In this document: piece by piece, positions 50,629-63,696 of the stretch
Layout: every line of letters starts with the position of its first letter
How positions within the stretch are numbered: the first letter of the stretch is position 1
Assembly (NCBI RefSeq): GCF_000143415.4
Contig: NW_003314390.1
Span: forward strand, 210,973-274,972
Origin: Selaginella moellendorffii
Taxonomy: Eukaryota; Plantae; Lycopodiophyta
Reading direction: 5' to 3'
DNA length: 64,000 nucleotides
Made by a program: the position numbers and the translations under genes
The notes under the pieces: generated by a model
What the model saw: the letters and a program-made list of their open reading frames with translations, nothing else
Databases searched by the model: none
What the model was told of the DNA's origin: nothing

Positions 50629-52444
50629 ATGGCGATGCGCGGCCGATCGAAGGGAGTAGCACTGTCGTCGTTCCGGTGCTGGCTACGAGCTAATGAGCCG
50701 GTGGGAGCTGATTGGAGCGCCCATCCTCCAAAATGTGGCTACAGCACAGGCGCTCTGCCAGGTAATCAGACACAAAATCGTCATGTTATAAGTTTCTCCT
50801 ATCAGATGCATATAGCAACAACTGGCAGCAGGAGGCGTCTTCAGAACTTCGCAATGTCCAGAAAGAATTCAAGCGTTTCCTGAAAGCCAACTCGAGGTGG
50901 TGAAAGACGTCGATGGTGCAAGCTTCCTGAGGCTTCCGCAGTTTCTATGTGATGAGTGGGGCTACGTTACCGCAGACTGCGAGCCTTTGCTGCTCAAGCG
51001 AGATTGCTACGACGTACTCTGCAGCAAAATCGATGGATTTTTCAAGACCCCGAGGGCCAAGTCTGTCGTTGTCCTTGGCAACCCTGGGATTGGTAAATCA
51101 GCCTACTGCGTCTACCTTCTATGGCACCTGGTCCAAGGTAATGCGGAGTGGAGTATGATTGTCCTCAAGTACGCTGAAGGCTCAGGTCTCTTTTTTGTTT
51201 TCACAAAAGACGGGGAGCGAAATGCTGTAGTCAGCCTGAACCGCGACCCAGACGCTGTCCGTCAGCTGGTGAAGCAGCACAGGGGGAGAGTGTGGTATTT
51301 GGCGGACAAGCGTGTCCCAATGGTTCACTGGACGTTACCTGGTCACTGCCATTTCGTTCTGACCTGCTCTCCTGCCAAGGAGAACCATTTCCAGTTCAGC
51401 AAATATCCTGTCACGGCGACGTACTACCTTCCCGTGTGGTCCAAGGAGGAGATCATGCAGCTGAACAAGGCTGTTTTCAAGCTGCCTGACCAAGACGTGC
51501 ATGAAGCCTTCAAACTGTGGGGAGGGATTCCGAGACACGTCCTTGCAAATCGATCGAGATTCAGCGACATCCATTTGTTTTCGGCCATCAAGTCGGAAGC
51601 AAGACAAATGGTCGTAGATGTTCCTGGCAACAATTATTCGATAGAGAAGGAAGAAGATTACCTCCAGGTCTACCATTACGACGTGGACGTAACCAGCTGC
51701 GAGCTACATGATGAATTTTGGCCGCTCAAGTTTGCATCTGACTTTGTGGCGGCAGGGGTGGCCAGACTGTTGAGGCCATCACTAATTGATAATATAGCTG
51801 GAGGACATGCTTCAGAAAAATTGCGAGCCTCTCTGTTTGATGCCTTCTTCCATTGTCTGCTGGAGCGGAATATTTCTGTGAGCAGCAAGGAAATGGATGA
51901 GCAAGGGAAATGGGGTCCTCTTCTCAACGAAGATCTTCCGTTGGCGCGGTTCGAGTTTGCACCGAAGTCGGTTGGAAACAATGCGGTCCTGCCACCGTTT
52001 ATATTGGACTGCACTGTCGTCAGGCCCGAGTCCAGGAGCAACAGGAGCTGGGATCTTATATTAGGCCGAAGGGTTCTTCAAGCAACGGTGACAAGCCGTC
52101 GAGACGGCAAGAAGCTCGAGGTCACCGAAGGGCTTGTTGACGCCTTGAGTTTCCTGAGGTGAGTCGGTCGCTTGTGTTTTTTCCTAGTGTCGATTCGGCT
52201 TCGTTTTTGCAGACGATGCTACGGTGATGGTACGAAGCTGGAGCTCATATACTTCGTTCCTAGCAAAATGTTCGAGTCGTTTACTCCCACGCTGCCTGGA
52301 GGCGTTAATGCCGTTTCGAGAGCCGAGGCTGTTAAAAGGTTCACGACCAAGCTGAACGTCAAAGTGAAGAAGATGTGCCTGCATGTGGACCAGTCTCTTG
52401 CAGATGTTGCGACTTTGAAAGCTTTCAACTTACTCAACCTGTGA
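50629..52444 (+). CDS. Crinkler/RHS-type NTPase + REase-fold protein (apparent 1-bp frameshift near 50888)
   Basis: LLKRDCY, VVLGNPGIGKS, WYLAD, LTCSP, YYLPVWSKEEI, WGGIPRHVL, NRSWDLI...VLQATV, LIYFVP; introns 50762-50805 and 52159-52212. Confidence 0.8.
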
Positions 52445-52494
52445 GTTGAGTAACAAGAGCATTGATCGATTGCTAACTCGAGTTCATTTTACAG

Positions 52495-53230
52495 AGCATC
52501 GCCCACTTGCCGTCTTGCACAGTTCACAGAGTCTAAGACGTTCGATGCAATGGGCCTTCGTGCCAGCTTGTTGCAAGGCATTTCGGACTGCGGTAAGCGT
52601 TTATTTTCTTCTCTTTTTCTCCAATCTAAACAGATTTGCATTTCTGTCTTAGGCTACAAGGTTCCGACTCCCCTCCAGCAAAGTGCCATTGCTGCTTTCT
52701 GCGCGGGCTTAAACGTCCTTAAGCAAGGCCCACGAGGAAGCGGTTGTACCACAGCACTTTGTGTCTCTGTACTTCAGAGAGTTGATTTGAGTCGGGGACC
52801 ATTTCAGGCGGTGGTAGTCGCAACCAGTCGCAACGATGCGCTGCAGATCATGCGTCAGATGTTGGGATTGCGGTCGAACGACGTGAATCTCAAGGTTCGT
52901 TGTTTCTCAAGTGATGGAGCTGAAGAGTGGCATGTTCTTGTTGGGACTCCGCCTGACGTTTATGAGGCGTGCAATCGTCTTCCTAAGGATTCTCTTGTCT
53001 CTCTCTCCGTACTGGGCATGGACGATGCTGACGAGATCTCAAAAACTTTTGGCCTGGAGGTAAGCTCGATCGCTAGTTGTGGAGTTCAGTCTCACGATGC
53101 TTTGTTTCAGGAAGTGCGTCTCTTGGTCAGTTTGATGCCTGAGCAACGGCAGTTTGGCATCTTCGGGAGCACCATGCCTGCGGCTGTTCTGGATTTTGTT
53201 TCCCAGGAAACCAAGTGTTTCGTTTGCTGA
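52495..53230 (+). CDS. Degenerate eIF4A-like DEAD-box N-terminal domain, probably the final exons of the upstream gene
   Basis: TFDAMGL, PTPLQQSAI, GSGCT, LVGTP, DDADE, FGSTMP; introns ~52593-52652 and 53060-53110; no second RecA domain. Confidence 0.75.
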
Positions 53231-53310
53231 AATGGTATTCTGGTAGCATGGAAATGTATCGGTCTCTTTATAGACGAGGTGATAATATCAATTATAGATG
53301 ATTCAAAGGC

Positions 53311-53910
53311 ACCCTCTCCCGCTACTAGAACGTCGTCGACGATGCGAATGCAGCGCTTCCCTGGATCATGAGCAAGGATGGCAAGCACAGGATTCTGCTA
53401 GCTATGGACCTGGACACCCGCGAGGGAGTCGCGCTCGTCATCGCCATGGCTGTGGAGCACTTTGAAGAGCAGTGTGATCCACAGGTGGAGGAGATTAGCG
53501 TCTGTGTCTTGAGCGTTTCTCACGTCATGACCATTCGAGTGAGGCGATCTGAATCTCCTGGGCAGAAAGACGAAGACGAAGATCACGGCGACTCGCTCCA
53601 CTGCGCTGCCGCTGGTTTCTCTTGGACGGCCATCTTTTTGTGCTCATTGCCAGGGAGAGGTGGAGGTGAAGCTCGCCAGGATGGCTTCGATGGTCTAGTG
53701 AGCTACTTGAGGTGGGGGTTTCTTTGCGTTTATCCGATCTTTTGGTGTGACTCACAGGAGCAAGGAGGAAGATTTCATGAACATTAACATCTTAGGCCAG
53801 AGGTTTTGCAAAGCTCTTGAGACGACCGAGTGGTTTGAGGTGGCTCTGTCGCCTGGAATCAAGGTCCTGTCCATTACATCGCCAAAGCAGCGGCCAAGAC
53901 AGGAAATAAA
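53311..53910 (+). repeat. Diverged duplicate of 41138-41755
   Basis: Shares GCGAATGCAGC..TTCCCTGGAT.ATGAGCAAGGATGGCAAGCACAGG through to CAGCGGCCAAG. Confidence 0.88.
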
Positions 53911-54048
53911 TCTTGGTTTACGTGATCTGAACTAGTCCTTTCTAACATTCTTTCTTAGATTTTGAACTATATGAAAACCCTAAAATTTAAATTTCCCCCC
54001 TAAACCTAAGCTCCACTAAACGCTCTTTAAACGTTTATTTGTTTTGGA

Positions 54049-55446
54049 TCATAGCTCGATGTGGAAGCCTTCCACCTTGCGAGCTACATCCTCGGCACTG
54101 ACAGTGATTTTCGGCGGTGCACTCCCGCTTTCTTCAGCGCCACCACCGCCACCACCACCTCCACCGCCGCCGCCGCTTTCACCAGTCTGCCATATGCGAA
54201 TCGTCCCGTCCTCGGAGCCCGACGCAAACGATTCACCGCCCGGTGAGAATCGCACGCAATGGACCGGCCCGTGGTGACCCTTGCAGCATTCTGGAGAGAG
54301 AGCAAACAATCCAGAGTTCCAGACTGAGAGAGCAGTAAAGGATCACTTTGCTTACCAATCTCTTCCCCGGTGTAGAAATCGAACACTCGCACCCACATAT
54401 CATCCCCTCCAGCCACGAACTTCCCCAGGGCCGGGTATAGCGACGCCGACTCCATAGGCCGAGCCATGGTAAACGATTTTACCATGCCAAAGCTTTTGAC
54501 ACAACAAAAGAAGGAAAGAAAGAATGAATGAATGAAACGCGAAGGATAGACTAGCTTACTGATTGGCATCCCAGAACTTGACGCTGTTGCCATCCGCGGT
54601 TGTGATGTATCGGCCGTCGCGGCTCACCTCAACACTCGTGCACGGCGACTTTGTCTCGAGCTGCCGGACTGTGGTTTTTGTTCTCACGTCCCACAACCTG
54701 GAAACAATTCTTCCCATCATCTAGAGACGAAACCGAGAAACTTGCTTACCGCACGCTGCCAGTATCGTTACACGAGCTCAGAATGGTTTGGTCACTGTGG
54801 TGCCATACCGCTGATCTTATGGTGCTTGTCAAGCCTTCCATCTCTGTTGGAGCCGCATCTGGCCTCTCCAAATCATAGATCCTAAGGATCTTCTCTTGAC
54901 CACCTGTGAGCAAGAGTGTCGTGCTCTGGTAATAAAAAGAACAAGGAAAAAGAAAAAAAACGAGAGAAAGAGAAGAGTTTTTGAGTGGTCTGTGAGAGCA
55001 GCATTTACCTCGGAGAAAGCACACGTTCGAACGATGTGCTTGTGCTCGAAAGAGTACAATTCATCTCCCGTCAGAGCGTCCCACACTCTCCTGAGGATCT
55101 GGAGTGAGACACAAGAAAAGAGGGGGGAAAATCCGGCCACTTACGCACTAAAATCGGCAGAAGCGGTGGCTGCTCTCAATGCGGGTGTGTCGAGGCAGGC
55201 AGCCCAGACAGCACCCTTGTGTCCCTCGAACGTTCCAATCCAATCGCCAGTGCCCCCATTTCTTAGCATTGGCTTTCCATCTGCGGCAGCCGCGATTGAA
55301 ACCAAGAGATCGCGAGAGAAAGATCTACCTTTGCTGGCGCTGATGAGGAAGAATCCATCAGCGGTGACAGGGCTGTAGAAGAGATCGACGATCGGGCGGG
55401 AGTGGCCGTGGCAGACTAGCGGCACTTGCGCTTTGCGCTTCTCCAT
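54049..55446 (-). CDS. STRAP: WD40 protein, STRAP/UNRIP orthologue
   Basis: [71 protein letters not shown]. Confidence 0.93.
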
Positions 55447-55539
55447 GCCCTAAACCCTAAATCGCAAAAAAGGTTTAAAGACAAACAAGAAGAAGCGAAG
55501 AACCCTTTGTGCTATTTACAAAAGCTTTGCGAGATTTTG

Positions 55540-58075
55540 TCATTTGGAGACATACGAGTCATAGCGAGCTTTCTTTGCGTCTCGCTCCATCCATGGCTCT
55601 CTCGGCGGCGGTGGCGGCGGTGGGCGATGGTGGTGGTGATGGTGCTGCTGCTGCTGGTGCTGCCACTCCATTTGTCTCGGCTGCTGCTGATAGTAGTGCT
55701 GCTGCTGCTGCTGGAACTGATGGTGAGGAGCGTAGTAATCGCGATGGTGTCGAAATCCAGCGTTGTGATGCTGCGGCTGAGGCTGTCGATCAAAGAATGT
55801 CTCTCGTCGAGCGTACTGATGAAAGTCTCGTCGCCGATCGTATCGAGTGTCGAAAGGCAGGAATGCAGGTGGCCTCGGCCTCTCGTGAGGCGATACCATC
55901 CTTCGCTCGCGACTTAGAGGCCGTGGTGGCGATCGAGGAGGAGGAAAGTCGTGGCCGGATGACGGGAGCTCGCCTTCTTCCTCGTCCGGAGCTTCAACTT
56001 TCACTGCTGCAGCTGCCGCTGCCGCTGGTGGCTTGGAAGGGAGATCTTCGTCGTTTAATCTCTTCCTCTTGCTTGCCGGTTCTTCTTCCTCTGGACGCTC
56101 CCTTTTCTCGTCGCTTTTGGCTGCCGTTACATCGGCCTCTGGACGCTCTTCCTTGATTGATATCTTCTTCTCCATCACCTCGTCTGAATTGTCCTCCTTC
56201 ACTACCACCTCGTCACTCTTTGCCACAACCTTCTCTATCACCCCATCCGGAAGTTCCTTCTTGACTAGCGCCGGCACATTCTCGTCGATCTTCGTTGGCA
56301 CCACTTCTTTGTCTGGATGGTCTCGCTCTGCTACCACCTCCTCATCTGAGCGCTCTATCTTCACTACCACCTCGTGGAGACGCTCTCTCTTGGCTACCAT
56401 CTCGTCGGAACGTTCTTCCGAACGATCTTCCATGGCCGCAACTTGTGCTAGAACATCGTTGTGATGGTCCGTCTGGGACACCACCTCGTCGACACGCTCT
56501 TTCTCGACTGTCACCTCGGCCGGACGCACACTCTGCGTGACAACTTCGTCGATACGCTCTTTCACCTCGTCTGGCTTTGCTATCACCACCTCGTCGAGAC
56601 ACTCTTTCTTAACGGCCACCTCCCTCCTCACAACTTCCTCATCCGGGCGGTCCCTTTTCGCTGCTACTTCGTCGGGACGCTCCCTTTTTAAAGAAGCTGC
56701 CTGTTTACCAGTTTCTCGGTGCATATCCCCGTTTTCCATCTTCTTCGGCCTCGCAACTTCAATGCCATTCTCCAGCTCTCGTTCGAGTAGTTCTTCATCG
56801 GTAACCACATCTTGCTTCTGCGGAGCTGCCACCGCTTCCACTCGGGATTTCCTGCGTTTGAGAGCAGCTTTGAGCTTGGCCTCATCGATGCTTTCCACCT
56901 GTGTCTTCTCCTGCTGCGGCTCAACCACGTCGGGTTCCTTGCGTGATATGACTTCACCGGGAGAATTGCTAGCTCTTCTCGAGACATCGTCACGTACCTC
57001 CGTCTGAGTAGAGACTTGACCAGAAGGAGGACTATCAACTCTGGCACTTGGACGACTAGCCCGCGATGGATTGGAGCCTGCCTGCTCGTAGAGTTCCAGC
57101 ATTTGATTGCTGACCTCTGCAAGAGACAGAAATTAAACGTTGAGACAAGTAGCAATCAGACAACCTTCTAGCTGCCTTGGAGTGACTCGAAACTCTCGCC
57201 ACCAAGCCTTCTCACCATCGCCCGGAAGTTTTAGCTTGAGAAATTTAGCCCCGAGAAAGATGGCTCCAGCGGCAATGTGATGAGGCTTGAATTGCAAGAA
57301 CAAGGTGGTTTTCAGCCTGAAAAATAGAAGCGTTAGTGACTCGCATCGACAAGAAACTTATTACCCGTCATTTATAAAGTTCCAAGCGACTTGTGCGATG
57401 GAAGATTGAAAAGCCGGGGCCAACTTCCTCACTGCCAGTACCATTGGTCTGTATGGGTGAGAGACATTCAAATCAAAGCCCAATGTTGACAGCAAAAGGT
57501 TCTCTCCTGTCAATAGCAGCCGGAGTTGTCGCTGGTAAACCTCTTTGGTGATGGGCTTTTTGTGACGAAGCGCATAGGATACCAAGACAACATCGTTTGC
57601 CGGTCTAGGAGTTTCCTCCACTTTGCCAGCGAGAAACATGCCTATGGTCGCAACCATCTGCGAATAAAACCATCACCACCATTCTCGTTCTTCTCCACAG
57701 GAGAATGAAACTTACAAATCTATCGTTGCGAGCGTGCGACTGTCGCAGAAAGAATCGATGACAAAAAACAATCGCGGTTGCAATGGCGATTTGTGGCCTG
57801 GAATGAAAAGCCCGATAGCAAAAATGGGGGAAAAAAGAGAAAGGAAGAAACCAAAGAACTTACATCTTGAGCTTCATTCCCAGCTCCTGCAAGTAAGCGC
57901 AATACGACCTCCTGTACTGGGCCTCCTTCTTGCCGTCGATCCCATCCTTCCGCGAGGGCGAAGATTTCTCGATCTCCTCTCTGGAGAAATACCACTTGGA
58001 GCTGGAAAAATCGGGCTCTTCCAGCCTCGTTGCCGCGGCCTGAGCTACAAAACCTTCAGTGGAAGCTCGACCCAT
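55540..58075 (-). CDS. CYCT1: Cyclin T (P-TEFb subunit)
   Basis: [57 protein letters not shown]; C-terminal EEGEL motif. Confidence 0.92.
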
Positions 58076-58225
58076 GGCGGCTGCTGCTACACAATCCCTA
58101 TCATCGCCGCCTTCTCCACGCTACAAACCTCGAGAAGCTCTCCGTCAAAACCCTAAAAAAGATCCCCCTCTTCCTTTTTCGATTTTAGGGCTCTAGCGAG
58201 CGAAAAAGGAAAGGCGGCCACAGCG

Positions 58226-61200
58226 ATGAATCAATGCGCCTCTCTTCCATCGCATTCTAGCTGCATTCGCGGTGGATTCTGGGCGCTCCACTCCGCGGCG
58301 GCGGCGCCAATGAGGTCAAATCTCTTCCTTGCTCTTTGCAACGATCACGCGAGATACTGAAGCAGCTCCATTGCGTTTCCGCGGCGAAGGCTGGCTGTTG
58401 CTAAAACGACAAGCCTGCCTCACCCTGTCACGCATCCAGTGAGTAAAAATCTGGAATGTGGCTACAATCCTCTTTCTCATCGAACAAACTTTGTTTTGTT
58501 TTCGGTTTTAGGAGGGGTTTGGTCGCGCCAATTGGAGAGCGTGCCCAGCGTCGAGACGATTGAATAGGATTTGTGCTGTAAGAGATACTCGCCAACATTG
58601 AAACTTTGTTCTTTACATTGTTGCGTTTCTGTCCAGATTAGAAGAACACGAATTTTTGCGAGCATGGATACGGTAAGGTGGGAGCTTTCTGAGTTTTGCG
58701 GCATTTTGATTGCGGTCCTGTTTTGCAGGCAGGCTTGGATCCCGCAGTGTCAAACGGGCAGGCTACTCCCCTCGGTGCATCTAAGCTGGGAGAGGGCGTC
58801 AATTTTGCGTTGTTTTCAGAGCATGGAACTTCTGTGACGCTATGCGTGTAAGCTAGCCTCTTTGCTTTTGTTTCGTCGCTTTACTGGTGTCTTTCTTCGT
58901 TCTCAATTACAGTCGCCTGGGAACAGAAGGTCCTGTTAAAGAGATTGTGCTCGATCCACAAAAGAACAGAACTGGAAACGTCTGGCACATATGTCTTGAG
59001 GTAATGTTTTTGTAGAAAAAGCTCTAGCCTTTTACATGCTTTCTTGTTCTTTTTGTAGAACATCCCGCTAAGTGGTGTCTTGTATGGATATCATGTTGAT
59101 GGACCTCGCGACAAGAATAGTCGATTTGACAAAAACACGCTGCTGCTTGATCCGTATGCGAAGTATGTGGAAGGACGTAGAATTTTTGCAGATAAGACCC
59201 AGAAGTTGGCTCCGCACTGGGGAACTTTCGACTTTACACTATCTGAATTTGACTGGGAGGGAGATGAAGCACGCACCAGGGTCCCGGAGGTGAGCTTCTG
59301 GTCTTTTATTTTCTTTTCATCCTTACAAGACTTTGCAGAAAGACCTGGTTATCTACGAGATGAGTGTGCGTGGTTTTACAAAGGACCAATCTTCTGGTGT
59401 TGCTGAAGGAGTTCGGGGAAGTTACCTTGGCTTTATTGACAAGGTTTTTTTTTCTCTTTATTAGGACTTTGGCAGGCTATATGTTCTTGCTTACAGATTC
59501 CGCATTTAGTCGAGCTTGGCGTGACAGCAGTTGAGCTTCTTCCAATATTTGAGTACGACGAGCTTGAGTTTCAAAGGAGACCAAACCCACGGGACCACAT
59601 GGTTAGTCGAATAAATTCTTGCGATTTGTACAGACTCATTCCTTTATTCAGGTAAACGCTTGGGGCTACTCAACCATAAACTTCTTTTCTCCGATGAGTC
59701 GGTTTGCCAGCAACGGAGGTGGACCTATAGCTGCATCTCTGGAGCTAAAGCAAATGGTGAAAGCGCTTCATAAAGCGGGGATTGAGGTGCGTAGGCACAA
59801 AATTGTCAAGCATTATGTTTCTGGTTTTGGGATTTGAGCAGGTTCTCTTGGATGTGGTGTACAATCACACAAACGAAGGAGGCAATTGTGCAGATCCTTA
59901 TGTCACATGCTTCCGAGGTGTAGACAATGCGGTATAATTTGTCTCAGTTTGAAAATCGATCTCCACATTCAATTCTTTTTCAATGCAGGTGTATTACATG
60001 ATGGATGCAAATGGCTACATGAACTTTTCTGGATGCGGTAAATTTCATTGTTCTGTTTTGTCAGGAGCATTGCTGATGTGTTTTACGTGTAGGAAACACT
60101 CTGAATTGCAACCATCCGGTCGTTACTGAGTTTATTTTGGACAGCCTCAAGCACTGGTATGGACGTGTTTCAATCATAATGCGTTCAGCTTCTGGTTTCA
60201 GGGTCACGGAATATCATATTGATGGATTTAGATTCGACCTTGCCAGTGTTCTTTGCCGGGGTACCAATGGCGCTCCATTGGCGAATCCTCCTCTTATTCG
60301 GGTTGGTTGGCTTTCATTTTTTTCATTCCCCATAAGAACGCATCATATCCTTGCAGGCAATATGTAAGGATGAAGTGCTGTCCAAGTGCAAGCTTATTGC
60401 CGAACCTTGGGATTGTGGAGGCCTGTATTTAGTAGGCGCGTTTCCTAACTGGGACAGGTGCGCCTTTCTATTTCTCAAGATTGGCTCGCTTTGTAAGCCT
60501 TCCACTTCCGACTTGATTTTTCAGGTGGGCAGAGTGGAATGGTAAATATCGGGACGATCTGCGGCGGTTCGTCAAGGTACCTAGGATGAGCTATGCCAGT
60601 AAAAGTCACTGATATGCTGATTGTCTATACAGGGCGATTGTGGAATGAAGAGGACACTGGCCACACGGCTATCTGGATCAGCAGATCTGTACAATGTTTG
60701 ATGGCGGCATTTCGTTTTCTTTTGTTGATACTGTTCATTTGTTTTGATTGGCAGAAAAACCAACGAAAGCCTTACCATGGTATCAACTTTATTGTTGCAC
60801 ATGATGGCTTCACTCTATATGACCTTGTGGCATACAACATGAAGGTATGCAAATGGCTTACGTCCTTGTTTTGAAACGCAAGGGTGACAATGTTATGAAT
60901 CCTTAGCACAACGACGCAAATGGGGAGCGTGGACAAGATGGCAGCAATGATAATTTTAGCTGGAATTGTGGAGTAGAAGGTACTTCACTTCGCCCTGAGG
61001 TCGGCAAATTTTCTAAAGAGCGCGCGTGTTTCTGTGCAGGTGAAACGGGTGATCAGGCTGTGAACGGTCTTCGAGCACGCCAGATGAAAAACCTACACGT
61101 AGCGTTAATGTTCTCTCAGGTTTGAGCTTGTTGTCTCTCTCATATTTTGACGCTCTTTGGTAAAAAATCTCAGGGAACACCAATGATGATCATGGGTGAT

Positions 61201-61905
61201 GAATACGCCCATACAAAATATGGTAACAACAACACGTATGGTCATGACACCAGTCTAAACGAATTTTTATGGACCCAGGTACGCTGATTTGTGTTAGTTT
61301 TTACTGTGAATTCTTACCTTGAGCAACATAATTCATTCCAGCTCCAAAAGAAGAAGGATCATTTTGCTTTTTTTTCCAAGGTTATAAAGTTTCGCTTGAA
61401 GCATCCTCTGCTTGCTCGTTCAGAGTTCCTCTCCAACGTAAGCTCTATTCGAATCCTGACGATGCAAACCGTATGACTAAGCCGACGTTTGTGCAGTCCG
61501 ATGTTACATGGCATGAAACCCAGTGGGACAATCCAGATTCTCGGTTTCTAGCTTTCACGTAAGTGAAGATACTTTCGCCATTTTTTTTTCTCAATCGTCC
61601 TTGCTTGCAGGCTACACGAGGGCAAGCTTGGAGGTGGAGATCTCTACATGGCGTTCAACGCACACACTTACGCCGTGAATGCCGCACTGCCACGTCCGCC
61701 GGGTGGAAAACGCTGGCTTAGGCTGGTACGATTTCTATTCTCTTGCGCACCAGTGTGTTTGTTTAATCTCACGAGCCATGGCTGCGAGCAGATTGACACC
61801 CATTTCGCTCACCCCGAAGATTTTTGCGAGGAAGGGGTCGGAGGCCTCCAGGAACGATACAGTGTTGTGCCTTTCAGCTGCATCGTACTCATTGCAAAGT
61901 CATAA
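58226..61905 (+). CDS. ISA3: Isoamylase 3 (GH13 starch debranching enzyme), multi-exon
   Basis: [66 protein letters not shown]; start codon inferred. Confidence 0.93.
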
Positions 61906-63696
61906 ACCTGAGAAGGGGCATATCTTTGGAGTTCTCAACTTAGGAGCTACGTGCTGTATGGGCCCAAGGGCGTTTGGAAGAAGTCTATCTTCAGAGCGCT
62001 CTTCGGAGGTACGGCAATGGCGTGAAGAAGCGGCTAGTTGACGAGACGCTCTTGATCGATGAAACCGAAGCGCTTTGCTCTTTTCGTTTCTGGTGGAGGG
62101 TTTGGACACTGCTATTGCTTCTGTGGAAAACGTTATTGATTGAAGGAGCAGTAGCAGGAGGAGTTCCACTTCTTCGGCCGAGAAGCTGGACCCTGTGGAC
62201 AGACCGGCTTTTGTCAGAACTCGGATGAGGTACGAGGGTATGGTAGAAATGCATTTTAAATTTGGAAATGTTGCATGGTATCTTGATTGTCTATATACAA
62301 CTTTTGTTCACTAGCGTACATGGAGCTTCTGTATCTGTGGGAAATCTTCTTCCATCTCAATCTCCAAAGTCTTCTTTGTGTGCAAAGCATGGAAATTCTA
62401 TTATCTCTCCAGGTTTTTATGGCAATCAGCCACGGAAATTAAATATTAGATATGATGTCATATGGCGTTCATTGCCTGTTGTCGCATCAAATGGATTGAT
62501 TGTCAGATGTCTGAATTCTGATCCATTCGTATTCGTTACTTAATTTGTTGGAAAGACTTTGCGCTAGTTAGTCAACCAGCGCAAAGTCTTCCCCAACAAA
62601 GAAAGTAACAAAGAAGAGTTTATATCACATGGAATTACATGCTGTGGGTTTATCAATTTGAGGATGCTTTAGGTGATGAAAAAGAATCTGGGGTGGAACT
62701 TGGCTATAAAACTACCAGTGCTGGACCTTCTGACATGCACACCCTATATATATGGGATGTCAAATGTGAACCTTGGAGACTAGTGGCAAAGTGATGAATG
62801 GCTTAGACATTTCAAAACACTCTGATATTACATTGAAGCATTTGTGTGAGGGATATTGTTCATTTCATTGGTATTAGAGCCATGTCATCCCACATGAAAT
62901 AGCCATTGATAGCAACTGCAAGAAGCTAAACAAACCTTATATGAAGGAAGTCCAAAGAAATATGGCCATGGAAAATCACAATAAATAACCATGAAAGAAA
63001 GAAAGCAATATGGCCTTATTGCATGATAATAAACAAGAGAATGAAAATAGAGGAATAATTCAAATTATATGATATGGGAATGTTAATACTGTCAATTATA
63101 GAAACAAGAGAATGAAAATAGAGTAACAATTCAATTCAAATTATATGGACAACATAAGTCACAATTGAAAATTGGAAACATGGGCCTAGAAGTCAAACTT
63201 AAATACAATGAAATTATAAATACAAAATACTGTTTATTTCATTGGTATTAGAGAGGTTCAAGTCTAGTTCTGAAATAATATCATAAAATCTTCTTATATT
63301 TAAAGATTTTCTAGGATGAAGGACCTCACCAGTTGGTTAGGATCATTACCAATTGTATTGGTATAGTATTATGTATTTTACTTAAATATTACCTTTTTAA
63401 ATGGCCTTGAATAATAGTTTATGATGTTTGACTGGAAAATCATCTACAGAAATTTATGGCGTGACTAAAGGACTTCTGTAATATGATATGTTTCTTATCC
63501 TCTGGGGTATAATGCCATGTTTCCTCCATTATTTTCTTCTAACCTGATATGGTTTAAGGGTTATAAAGAAGACTTCATAAATTTCTTCATAGTGGTATCA
63601 AACAAATTGCCACTTTTTAAGTTTGATTGATCTATCCTATGATAACACTACAAACTACCTTGGGTGGTTTAGGTGGGCTAACCACAACAAGGAAGA

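Noticed and set aside
52550-53230. Stand-alone functional eIF4A gene
   Set aside because: Catalytic motifs are degenerate, the C-terminal domain is missing, and there is no room for a promoter
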